Positions 52,607 to 64,000 of a stretch of DNA of 64,000 bases are shown one piece after another. Under the pieces are notes generated by a model. That model did no database searches. It saw only the letters and a program-made list of their open reading frames with translations, and was not told where the DNA came from. A program made the position numbers and the translations under genes. Numbering within the stretch: the first letter of the stretch is position 1; every line of letters begins with the position of its first letter. The DNA comes from Auanema rhodensis (lineage: Eukaryota; Animalia; Nematoda). The stretch lies in assembly GCA_964057225.1 (NCBI GenBank), contig OZ059894.1, forward strand, positions 17,422,001 through 17,486,000, given 5' to 3'.

Positions 52607-55600
52607 ATGAGGCGCTGGATAGCGCTTCTTCTCGCACTTGTGGCTGTAGCACATGGTAAGATCTAGTTAATTTTTATAAAAATTATAAACTATTTTCTAT
52701 TTTAGCCACTGTCGATCCCTGTAAACGTCAGCCATTCAGAGGGAGATGTCCTTCCGTAGAAGGAGCTCCACCAAAACGCAGTCAATTTGTTCTTAGATAC
52801 TATGCAAGAAACGGAGAATGTGTCAGTTATCCATACGGTATGTATCTTCTTTTTCTTCTTTTCAAATATAATTTCAAATAAATCAAATCTTCAATAATGC
52901 TTCTAAGCTTAATCCATTCATCTCGAACATTTTTTTCACAATATAATCAATTAGCGTAGTATAAACGATTATTTATACAACCTGAAGATGTAAGTGGAAA
53001 TATCAAGTTTGAGCTTAATTGCTGAAAGAAAGAAGATTTATAATGCAAATTCTAGCGATTTTTCGTTTTCATCACTCTGTCATGAACTCTTTTTTCCTCT
53101 ATACCGAATTATCTTATGCGCATCATTTGACAACGAGACGACAACGTTTGAAGAAGGAAATCTGGGTTACTAGGCGATTTTTGCCGATTTGATGTTTTCT
53201 TGAAGAACAAGCAAACGATATCGTTTTTCGGTTAAATGACGATGACCGGTTGAATAAAACGATTGATTATCATGTGAGAACATCTATCGAACATTCCCTT
53301 TCAATACCTTCTTATAGGTTTATCGTTTTGTCTTGAAAAGCATATGAGATTAGAAAGATATATGAGAAATCCATCATTTGATTCAGAGAAAACTTGAATT
53401 TTCTTTTTCAGGACACTGTGCTTCTGACTCGACTGAACCTCAATTGTATAGATACAAGGAAGAGTGCGAGGATGCTTGCATCACTTCACCACCAGCCAAT
53501 CTAGGATCTCCTAAGGACGGTTTCGATCAAACTTATGGAACTCTTGCCCCAACTAAAGAAACAGAAGCTGCAACTACTGTTGAAGAGGTAAGCAACAAGC
53601 ACGATTAATTGAAAAGCACCTTTATGGCATGATTTATCTCATATTTCTCATTAATATTGTTTTACTTGCTCTATTTTCTTTTGGAGAACACACTAAATTT
53701 CTATTCAAATGAAATTGCATGAATTCATCATAGGCACCATCCACCACAAGATCCACCACTACCACAACCACCACTACCACAACCACAACTACCACAACTC
53801 AAGCTCCAACCACTGAGGCTCCCACCACGGAAGCTCCTACCACCGAAGCTCCCACTACTAAAGCCCCAACCACTGAAGCTCCAACCACTGAAGCTCCAAC
53901 CACTGAAGCTCCAACCACCAAAGCCCCAACCACTGTAGCACCAACCACTGTAGCCCCAACGACTGTTGCTGCAACAACCGAAGCTACAACAACTGAAGCT
54001 CCTACGACCGAAGCTCCAACTACCCCAAAAACTGAAGTTCCTTCCACTGAAGCCGTAGTTGAGATCAAAACTACCCCAAGCACTACCCCAACTACTACTG
54101 AAGCAGTAACTGAGATTCAAACCACGGAAGCTCTCAAGGAATCTACTGAAACATCGACTGAAGATATCACTCCAGAGGCTACTTTAACCACTTCCTCTGA
54201 ATCTGATGAATCATCAACTGAATCAACTACCGAAGAAACTTCAGCTGAAACTGTTGTATCGCATGTTGAAACTTCATCTAGCACTGAAACACCACTTGTT
54301 GAAAAGAAGATTGAAAAACTTCCTGTTCTTCAGAGAGTTGAAGCTACTTCCCCAACAACAACTACCACTACAACCACATCAACTACTGAAGCTCTTCCAA
54401 ATACTCCAGCTCCACGCACCGGTAAGAAAAGCGTACACAATGCTTATCAACATTCTCTTTTTCAGATTGCGAACGCCGTCGTGCTGCCGCTTCTTCTTCT
54501 AAGATTCGCGGAGGATTTGTTCCAGTTTGCAAAGGAAATGGAGGTTTTGAGCCACTTCAGTGTGAACTTGATGGCCGTCAATGTTTCTGCGTAGACGATA
54601 ATGGAATTGAAATTGCTAACAGTCGTACTCATAACGGCGTAAAGCCAGATTGTGCTAGTAAGTTAACATGTTCTCTTCTTCGTAATTCAAGTTTGTGTGT
54701 TTTGCAGTGATTGAGGCTGCTGTTCGTCCACGTGTTCAGGAATGTACTGGCGATTTCGAACGCGGACCATGTGCTTCTCATATGGAGCGTTGGCATTACG
54801 CTGAAGCTGAGCAAAAGTGCAAACAGTTCTCTTATTCTGGATGTGGAGGAAATGGAAATAACTATGAAACTGAAAGAGACTGCATGAACCGTTGTGCCCC
54901 ATTGAGTTCAGCTCCTAAGTGTGCCAAGGGAGAGCCATTACTCAGCAAACAAGGATCTGTTATCAACTGTGCCAAGACTGAATGCCCATCTGGATACAAG
55001 TGCAATGTCGGTCAAACCGTTAGTATCTGTTGCCCAGAAGCTGAGAAGAACGGTAAATCATTGAGTTTTGTAAATTATTTATTTTATAATTTCAGTCGGA
55101 CTTCAACAAATTGCTCCTGTTGGAGATGTTTGTAAGCTTGACAAAGAACGTGGTCCATGTGATAAGTATGAACTTCGATTCTACTTCAATGCTGAAACCA
55201 AGGAATGCAAGTATTTCTTCTGGGGAGGATGTGAAGGAAACGGAAACAACTTCGAGACCATTGAATCTTGCGAAACCACTTGTGGAATTGCCAAGAGTAA
55301 TACTTAGATATTAAAATTGTGATTTTACGCACCTCGAATTTAGGCCGTGGAACTACCCGTCATCCAACTCCAAGAACTACTCAAGGATTCAGAATCAACC
55401 AGAACGGTGATAGAACTGAGCCAACAACTGTTTCGTAAGTTTAAACATGATTGAAAGAATAGTTGAAAGAGTATGTTTCTAGTACCACTCCATCTACAAC
55501 TGTAACTACTCCTCGCCATCACCAAGCTCCTACCGCTACTACTCATGCCCCAACCCCACGTACTACCAGACGTCCAACTACTGAAGCTCCAACTGACGAC

Positions 55601-58600
55601 GATGATGTTATCGTTTCCAATAGAAACAACAACTTCCAATCTCACCCAGTTGCTCCAGTTAACCCAGCTATACTTCTGGAAGGTAGTGATCTGTCTGAAG
55701 CTGCTGCCGACGGTAATTCGCTTTCTGTAACACACTTACCACCATTTTCACGCTGCCTAAGCGCACATCACTTTTCTTAAACTTTCCTAACTTCATATAA
55801 GAAGAACTGAATAATACTTTTCATTTTCGAATATAAAACTATTTCTCTAGGAATTCAATAGAAATAGAAATATATTATATAAGTAGCTAATTGAATCTTA
55901 TGCTAGTTTCATTAAAGCTCAAGAAGATGATCTATCTCTTCTATTTCTTCAAAGTCAGATTGTGGAAAAGAAAACCTTGGTTTGCAAACAATTCAAAATC
56001 TCTTCTTTTTTCCAATTTAACCTAATACTAATTATATTTCTTATAATAATATAATCTTTGCTCTAAAATATAAGCTCTTTTGTCCTTTGTATTCAACTTT
56101 TTCAAAGTCAAATGTAATATACTACTTCACAAAGCACATATGCACTATATTCACTTACATATATATTTCTAATCATAATTTAAACATATATAACTTATTT
56201 ATAATATATTTAGTTAACCGTTGTGTACATCCACGTGATACAGGATCATGCGGTGGACAATTTGTTAGATGGTATTGGGATGAAGAAAGAAAGGTAAGGG
56301 AAAATAAAAGAAAAACATATAAAACACAACCGCGCAAATCAATTTGTCTGAACAAAATGAATAGTCACGTGAAAATTCTGTGAACTCATTAGCATAATAT
56401 TGAATAATTAATTTAATATTATGTGTTACTTCTATATATAACATATTCAATAAACTTTAAATTCTGATTTTATTTCAGACTTGTGATGTTTTCACTTATT
56501 CCGGATGTCAAGGAAATGGAAATAACTTTGCCAGCCGCGAAGAATGTCTTGCTATCTGCCACAAAGAAAGTAAGTAAAACCATATAAACTATATGAACTA
56601 TATTTATATATTCATATATAATTATTTTCTTTATTCTGAATAACTTCAGATGCACCTGACTTTGCCAATGTCTGCCATCATGATGTTGATGCCGGAGAAT
56701 GCAACGGTGTCTTCCAACGCTTCGCTTTCGATTCTGAATCCGGAGAGTGCCGTCCATTCACATATGGAGGATGCGGTGGAAACGGAAATAACTTCGCTAC
56801 AATGGTTGAATGCCGCAGCAGATGTCAAGTTAAAGTTCAAGCTGTTGCCCCTGTCCCATCCAAGCCACTTGTTGTTCCAACTAATCTCTGTGACCATAAC
56901 ATTGATGTTGGAGAGTGTACTGGTGTATTCGTTCGTTTTGGATTTGACAAGGAAAGCAACGATTGTCGTCAATTCACATATGGAGGATGCGGAGGAAATG
57001 GAAACAACTTTGCTTCGATCTTGGAATGCCGCAATGTTTGCGTCAAGAAGGCTTGCCCACAAGTTAGCGCTACTTGCGATATGTCTCGTTGCCAGATTGT
57101 TGAAGACCAAAACGGTTGTCCATTCTGTAGCTGCTCTCCTGTTAAGCAACCACTTCCACCAGTTCCAACTCACTGTCCATTAATTGACGAAACTTCTTGC
57201 CGCGAACCATGTCTTCTTATCAATAACCGACGTGGATGTCAAGAGTGTGTCTGTCCAAAGCCAACTCATACTACCAACGCTCCTCTTCCACCTACTGAGC
57301 AATCTATTTTCGGTAGCCCACCCGGACATCAAGGACGTACTCCATCAACTCCAGTTAACATTGGACCTCCATCTTCTGCTACTCATATTGCCCCACCATC
57401 ACCTAACTCTATTGTCAGAGCTCGTATGTTAACAACTAATAATTTAAATTTTCTAATATCAATTCTATTCAGACGATGTAAAGACTGTTGCTACAGCTCA
57501 AAAAACATCCGAAATTGAGAATAGCCGTCCATTCATTCCACCAACCTTGAATGCTGAGCTTAACGAGAAATGTCTTCAACCAGTTGTAAGTACAACTTTT
57601 ATCTTTCAACAACTCTTAACTCTTTAAATATCATTTTTAAGGAGGTTGGACCATGTAAGAACTTTGTTGATCGTTGGTTCTTCTCTAGCGATGATGGAAC
57701 TTGTCGTCCATTCAAATACGGAGGTTGTGCTGGAAACCGTAACCACTTCTTCACTCAAAAGGAATGCGAGATTCACTGTGCCCGTTTCTTACGTAAGTCA
57801 CTTCTACAATTACTTTCCGTTTTCCTATTCTTCTCCTTATTTTTTTACCTGAAAGCCGGACATACATAGCTGAAAATCATTATAAACCTATGTATTTTCA
57901 TTTTCTATGAGATAATTTCATCTCCGGCTTTCATGGTACTAACTAGGCGATTTCAGTTGCATGAGTGGCTTTTTGGTTGTTGTTGCAGATTTTATGTTAC
58001 ACAATTGCGTTGCAAAAACAAAAAAATGCTTATAAAAAGATAAAGACTAATTCAAAACTAACCATGATGAATGAAAAGAAAGAGAAACTTCTCTCCCTCC
58101 CACACCTCCTCCCAATATATTAACTCTGCATGTTCTGTATGTGTGCTTCTGGCACCATAAACCCATATGTGTTTGAAAATAAGAATAAGGAATGAAAGAG
58201 CAGCTTTATCTACTATTCTATACTTTAAGTTTACACCTGATTCAGTTATCTGATAGTTCAAGTGTTGTTATTACGCGAATGTCTTCTATACTACAAGTTC
58301 TATTCGTCTGCTAGATGTTAGCTTCAGCTTCGTCTTTCTTTCTGTTTCCAAGCTTTATCTGTTGTATGTTCATACTTGTTGCTCTTGTTACCTGAAAAGG
58401 AACAAGACCTCAAGCACTCAGACCACAGTCGAATCAGCACAACTAGGCAGCTTTTTAGGTTCGCTTACAAGCGAGAACTCCGCCAATTCTCATGTGCATG
58501 ACAGTCTTCCATCCCTCAAAAACTGGGTGTATCATGTGGAAGCAACTCACCGTCCTTTGCCTGAACAACCACATCTCACGACACCACAACCTGTACCAGC

Positions 58601-61600
58601 TCCAGTTTATACAACCGTCAGATCGATAGATCAGATTTCGATTGTTTCGGATTCTAACACTCCTGCCTTCACTTCTCCACATCAACCTGTTCGCCAGCCT
58701 AACTTTGAGCTACCTTTTGAGATCCCATCACGACTAAGAGCTCAAGCTGCAACTAATTTCAATAATGTCGGTCAAGGAGAGCTTCAAAATTTCCCAGAAA
58801 CCTATGAAGTTAAAAACACCTTGATCAAGAAACAAGCTCATTCCGTTCCAACATTGGATAACGTTGATAAGATTCAACCAGTTCCAAGACTTCAGCAAAA
58901 TACTCAAGTTCACGAAGAGCAACATAGACCACAAGGAGAAAGACCACTACCACATCCAACCAGACAAATAATTCAAATTCATCACATCAACCACAAAGTT
59001 GCTCCAGCAGAAACTTCTCAGATTGTACAAGAAAAACGACCAAATCCCCAGTTTTCTACTCCAAAACAACATAATCATACACCACAAGAATTCGAGAGTA
59101 CAACTCATGTTAGAGTTCCAATACCCTCTAACATTCCAAGAGAGCAAGAAACTGAAGTCGTACAAACAACTCGTCCAAGAATCAATGTTGAAGCACCAAA
59201 TACTCCCGTATCAGTTAACAGCCATATTGGACATCGTCAAACGATTCATTCTGAACCTCGTCGACCAATCCCTCGTCGTCAGGAAGGCGCAAACTTGGAA
59301 CAAGCACAATACCCAATTCCTCTCAACCGTCCAGCTGCTCCAACTTATCCCATGTCTCATGTCGATAATTACGATCCATCTCGTAATCCTAATCTTGAAG
59401 GGTTATCTCCACCAGTTGATCCAACTTACTTCACGTACAATTCTCAAAATCTCGGAGGTAGACGTCAGTTTGCTGTTAACAGCATACCTTTTGATCGTCG
59501 TCCACCACCACCACCGCCAGTTCCTCAAACCAACTTCGCTCCAAGACCAGTACAGCAAAACCAGCAAAACATACCTCCTATTGTAAGGCAACAACCCAGC
59601 AATCGTGCTGCTGCTCCAAGAGTTGGACCAATTCCAAACAAAAATCGTCCTCCCCAGCAGCCTCGCGATGAAGTTGATCTCCCTGTTGTTACAAGAAACC
59701 AGCCTACTACTCACGTCGAACAAGCCAATCAACAAGAGAGGTTGATTCCTTTCCAACAGCCAGTTCACGTTGTTGCTCCTCCACAAGAAAAAGCAACAAC
59801 TCAGTTCGTACCGATGAGGCCAACACATCTCCGATTGGATACCGAGAACAAACCAGAACAGAAAAGGATCCAAAAACCACATACTCAGGAACCGGTTAGA
59901 CAACAAAGCAATCCACCACAAGAACATCCTCGTCAAGACAAAAATACAGCATGGAACCAAGGAGTTCGTAATGCTGTTAATGTTCCACAGCCTGCATCTA
60001 CTGTTGAACGTCTTGCTCAATCAAACACTATTCCTGGAATCCGAATCAATAGAACTCAGACAATCGATTTGACAATAAATGCACGACAATCATCACCAAA
60101 CATGGATGAATTCCATCAACGATCAAAGGAATTCCAAAAGCACGTGCTGCCATTCATGGATGCAGCTCGCAGTGCTTTTGAGAGTTACCGTAACGGAACA
60201 CCTATCACAAAGAAAGCCTTCATGCATGAACAACAACAGTTCCCATCCAATGCTCCACAACTCGTTGTACCTGATCAGAGACCACGTAAGCTTCACGAAT
60301 TATCTGATTCTGTTGATATGCCCTTGTTTATGCTTCCACCACCACAGCATCATTCAGCACTACCATCACAAAATGCACATTCAGATTCTTTAAATACAAA
60401 ACTAGCACGTCCTTTGGACTCTTTACCAGCACGAAATACTAGCCTGAATGCACGTCGCACGTTATCTAACTTACCACTTGACAATTTCCCAGCTGCAATG
60501 CAGCAAATTAACCAAACCCTACAGGCTCTCTTGCCTTCAGAATCTAATCCGAATGTCGTGTCTAACAACCGAGTACCGCAAGCATCGGTAGTCATTGCAT
60601 CAACAACTAGAAAGCCAATCGCAGCAATGACTTTGTTCAACCCTTCACCAACTCCTTCCGATCGCCATATTCAGGCAATCATTCGTGATATGCTTACAGA
60701 AGAACCAGACAGCCTCTCATCCGAAGAAGAAGAGTTCAACGAGGACGAAGAAGAAGCTACCTTCGCTGGACGTCGACGGCCAATTGTTGCTGGTGTCAGC
60801 CAGCACTCTGAACCCGTTCCATTGCCTGTAGATAACTACAAGTCCCCTGATCCAGTACTTCGTGGAAACCTTCCATCTCCTTATGGTAAGAAGGAGAACA
60901 CGGCTCTGCCTGTTCTCCAAGCAAGCACTCTGGAAGTCATGACACCATCTGGCTCCGCCAGTCATCCCGCTATTATCACCACACAGGGATATAAGATTTC
61001 CACCACGACTGCTTCCACCACTACCTCCACGAAGACACCTTCCACCACTACAACAGAGTCTTCTACCTCTACTGCCTATGTTACTGAACCAGCACGCACT
61101 CAGACCCCTTCTAGCACTCCTTCTGCCTCTACAATCACATCTGTCAGTTCCACTTCATCACCTGTTTCTCCAGATGCTTCAACCTCTACTTCTGCTCCAG
61201 TTACTTCAACTACAAAAGCCACGCCAACCACTGTTGTCGTCACAAGCACTACGAGCACAACAAGCACCACGAGCACAACTGCTGCTCCAACCACTACTGA
61301 AGCGCTGGAGAAGCTTCAGCTCCCAATCGACAAAGAGATTGTGGAATCATCTAAATTTTCCAACGAAAAGGTTTTAAAGATTACTGATGAAGAACAGACC
61401 TTTGAAGAAACCGCAGTCGAAGAGAGCGAAGAGGAAAAGATTGATGAGCACAAATCAGCTTTGAAAAAGGTTGAAATCGGAATTAAGCACCGTATCTCTG
61501 TCACCGCATCAACTTCTATTCCTGTCTCTTCCACTACAACCACAACCACAACCACTCCCACAACCACTACTTCTACTTCTACTTCTACTTCTACTTCTAC

Positions 61601-64000
61601 CACTTCCACTACCACAGCTGCTCCAGTTAAGGAAGAGCAAAATGAAGACGAAGAAGAGGAAGAGGAAATTCAAGATGTGCATGTTGCACAAACTGTTGTT
61701 CCAACCACCGTCACAACTCCAGTTATCACCAGAGCTGCACGACTCAGCACCACAACTGTGGCCAGCACGACGGCTCAAGTTTCTACTTCTACTTCTACTT
61801 CTACCACAGCCTCTCCTTCTACAACTACTGCACAAGCTACTCAGCTCAACTCTGACGAATCTGATTCAGATGAGGTAGCTGCACCAGCCGCTATCCCAAT
61901 CAATGCTGCCGGAGTATCACACTTCGAGCCTAAGCATGAAGATGAAGTACTTAACCCTGATCTCAGCGTTGGCCGTGAGCCAATCCCAACTGGACCAGTC
62001 GGAATCGGAAGAAACCTCGAGCCACTTGATCTTGATGGACTCGGTAGTTTAAATTTATCAGTAAATATAAAATAAAAATTATTTCCAGAAGAGCCAACTA
62101 CCATTGTTCCAGCTAAAAAGGCAACCGGATTCACTGCAGTAGCTCCACCAGCTCCACCAGCTCCAGCCCAAATAAACCCCAGCGTTCACACACTTCGCTC
62201 AGATTCATTTGACTCTCATGTTGTTTGCGCCTTATCACCAGAGACTGGACCATGTACTAACTACGTTCAAAGATGGTTAGTCATTTGTTTATTTTGAATT
62301 TTCGATAATTTAATGAATTTTATTCAGGTTCTTCAACGCTCAAAGTCTTCAATGCGAGCAATTCTCTTTCGGTTCCTGCGGTGGAAATCAAAACAACTTC
62401 GCCGACAGAACAACTTGCGAGCTTAAATGCATGAGCGGTAAGTTAGATTTAAAAAAACTCATAATTTTGAAAACCTCATATGATTTTTCTTTATTTTCAG
62501 CTCAAGGACCAGTTACTTCTCAAGTTCCAGAACGTTGCTCATACGATAAGGATCCAGGAGTCGGACATGGATACAACGTCAAGTGGTACTTCAACATGAA
62601 GAATTTACGCTGTGAGCAATTCGTCTATGAAGGACAAGGAGGAAACAGCAACCAATTCGAAACTTTGAGTGATTGTGAAAGATTCTGCGTTCCTCAGCCA
62701 CGCAGTCCTTCCGCTAGCAAGCCAGCTGTTGCTCTTCCAACATCAACTACTACTCTCGCTACTGCTGCTCCTACTACCGCTCCAACCACTCCAGCTGCTC
62801 CAACCACCAAGATTCCAGCTTCTCATTCTCTACGTCCTCTCCCAGAACAGCCAATCAATATTGCTATCAATGAAGACGAAAACATCGAAGACATCGATAA
62901 CACCGAAGACTATGATAGTTCAGAGGAAGACGAACATAGCCTCCCATCTCCATCCATCGTTGCGACCGGCCCAACTGCTCCACAAGGACTTCCAGAAGTT
63001 GCCCCAACTACTGATATCAAGCCACCAGCTCACGCCGCTAAGACTGTAACTCAGGAAGATGTTGAAGCCGAGACTATCAAGGAACATAATGCTAACAAAG
63101 ATAAGAACTACAAAGCAGAACCAATTGCTTTCCAAGATCCATCATCCGTAGATGAAAGCCTTCCTCGTGTAGGACCAAGTCCACCAATGAAAGTTGATTA
63201 CCAAACTGGACAAGTTGTAAGTTTATATATGCAAATGCTATGTTCAACATAATTTTCTTCAGAACCCAGTTGCCAGTGGAATTAAGATTTTCCCAGAAGG
63301 ACGTATCGCTGTTGATAAGACCAGTACGTTCTAATCATTGTCTTAACGAACATATGCTATTTTACTTCAGAGTTTACCGAAGAAGATGGAGCCGCTCGTC
63401 AGAACCTTCCATCCTGCCCTAATAGTCTTCAAGAAATGAGATATGCTGATGGACGCCCAGTTATGTGCTTGCCAGGAAAGAACCAATGTCCAGACAAATC
63501 TGTCTGCTACTTCAATGGAATCGACTTCTTCTGCTGTCCAAATATTGAAGATCCATATGATAAGCATGTCTTTGGAGGATATGATGGTGAAGAAACCAAG
63601 CACGGTTACAAAATCTTTGGACCACTTCGTGTTCGCCGTTTGATGGATGAAGTTCCTCTTAGAACTAAGAGACAGACTACTATTGACCGTGCATTCAACA
63701 CAGTTCCAGTTAGCTTTAGCATTGATTCCGTGATTGCCCCACTTAGATTTGATGGTATATAAGATTTATTGTAGTATTAATCATATATTTATATTATTTT
63801 TAGCTGAAAAGCCACGTGCTATCAGTCGTGCTGCTCGTATGCGCAAGCCCTCTGCTCCACAACACGGTAATCCAATGTGCCTTCTTCCTTTAGCTAAGGG
63901 AGAATGCGAGGAAGCTCATCTCAGGTATAATTCATGTTAGATTCAATTTCATAAACTTAATTATTCAGATACTATTATGACCGTGAGAGTGATTCCTGTC
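52607..64000 (+). CDS. mlt-11: MLT-11-like giant secreted protein with multiple BPTI/Kunitz domains, a thyroglobulin type-1 domain, lustrin-type Cys repeats and mucin-like spacers (3' end outside window)
   Basis: Signal peptide [17 protein letters not shown]; atypical first Kunitz; PTTEA mucin repeats; thyroglobulin-1 ([16 protein letters not shown]...[16 protein letters not shown], ~54466-54656); Kunitz domains with [15 protein letters not shown] motifs near 54740, 55130, 56220-56560, 56670, 56890, 57570-57780, 62225-62430, 62535 and from 63880; lustrin-like CAKGEP..CCP and CPNS..FCCP. This architecture matches C. elegans MLT-11. Confidence 0.88.
53800..54020 (+). repeat. Coding 15-bp tandem repeat encoding (APTTE/K/V)n mucin-like segment
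   Basis: About 14 GCTCCAACCACTGAA-type units, preceded by a poly-Thr run. Confidence 0.9.

Noticed and set aside
53728-54120. Minus-strand GWSFS/VVGAS repeat ORFs, and other antisense ORFs over 54.6-63.6 kb
   Set aside because: Antisense shadows of mlt-11 coding repeats
58362-62075. 1,237-aa ORF as a stand-alone gene
   Set aside because: TTG start and no signal peptide; flanked by phase-matched splice sites, so it is an internal mlt-11 exon

Overview
AT-rich eukaryotic genomic DNA from a rhabditid nematode (Caenorhabditis-like; species cannot be determined). It has many 40-55 nt introns, trans-splice-like acceptors just upstream of start codons, and long (GA/CT)n microsatellites. I assembled nine spliced protein-coding genes by hand. 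In order: mitochondrial valyl-tRNA synthetase (+, 512-4581) and ALG12 mannosyltransferase (+, 4784-6856) in an operon-like arrangement; an unrecognised nuclear Q/A-rich protein with a ~150-aa (Gln-Ala)n tract (+, 14515-19161); a globin with an N-myristoylation motif (+, 24543-27557); an unrecognised secreted two-repeat Cys-rich protein (+, 29724-34708); a troponin T gene (-, 31008-33650); an unrecognised secreted Pro-rich protein with a 6-Cys C-terminal module (-, 35284-37259); aldose 1-epimerase (-, 43259-44881); and the 5' part of an mlt-11-like giant Kunitz/thyroglobulin/lustrin protein (+, 52607 to beyond the window end). The most striking structure is that the whole troponin T gene, with its 3' UTR and proximal promoter, lies antisense inside one 3.6-kb intron of the Cys-rich gene. 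No tRNA, rRNA, CRISPR or recognisable transposon was found. All exon structures are manual predictions and need RNA-seq confirmation.
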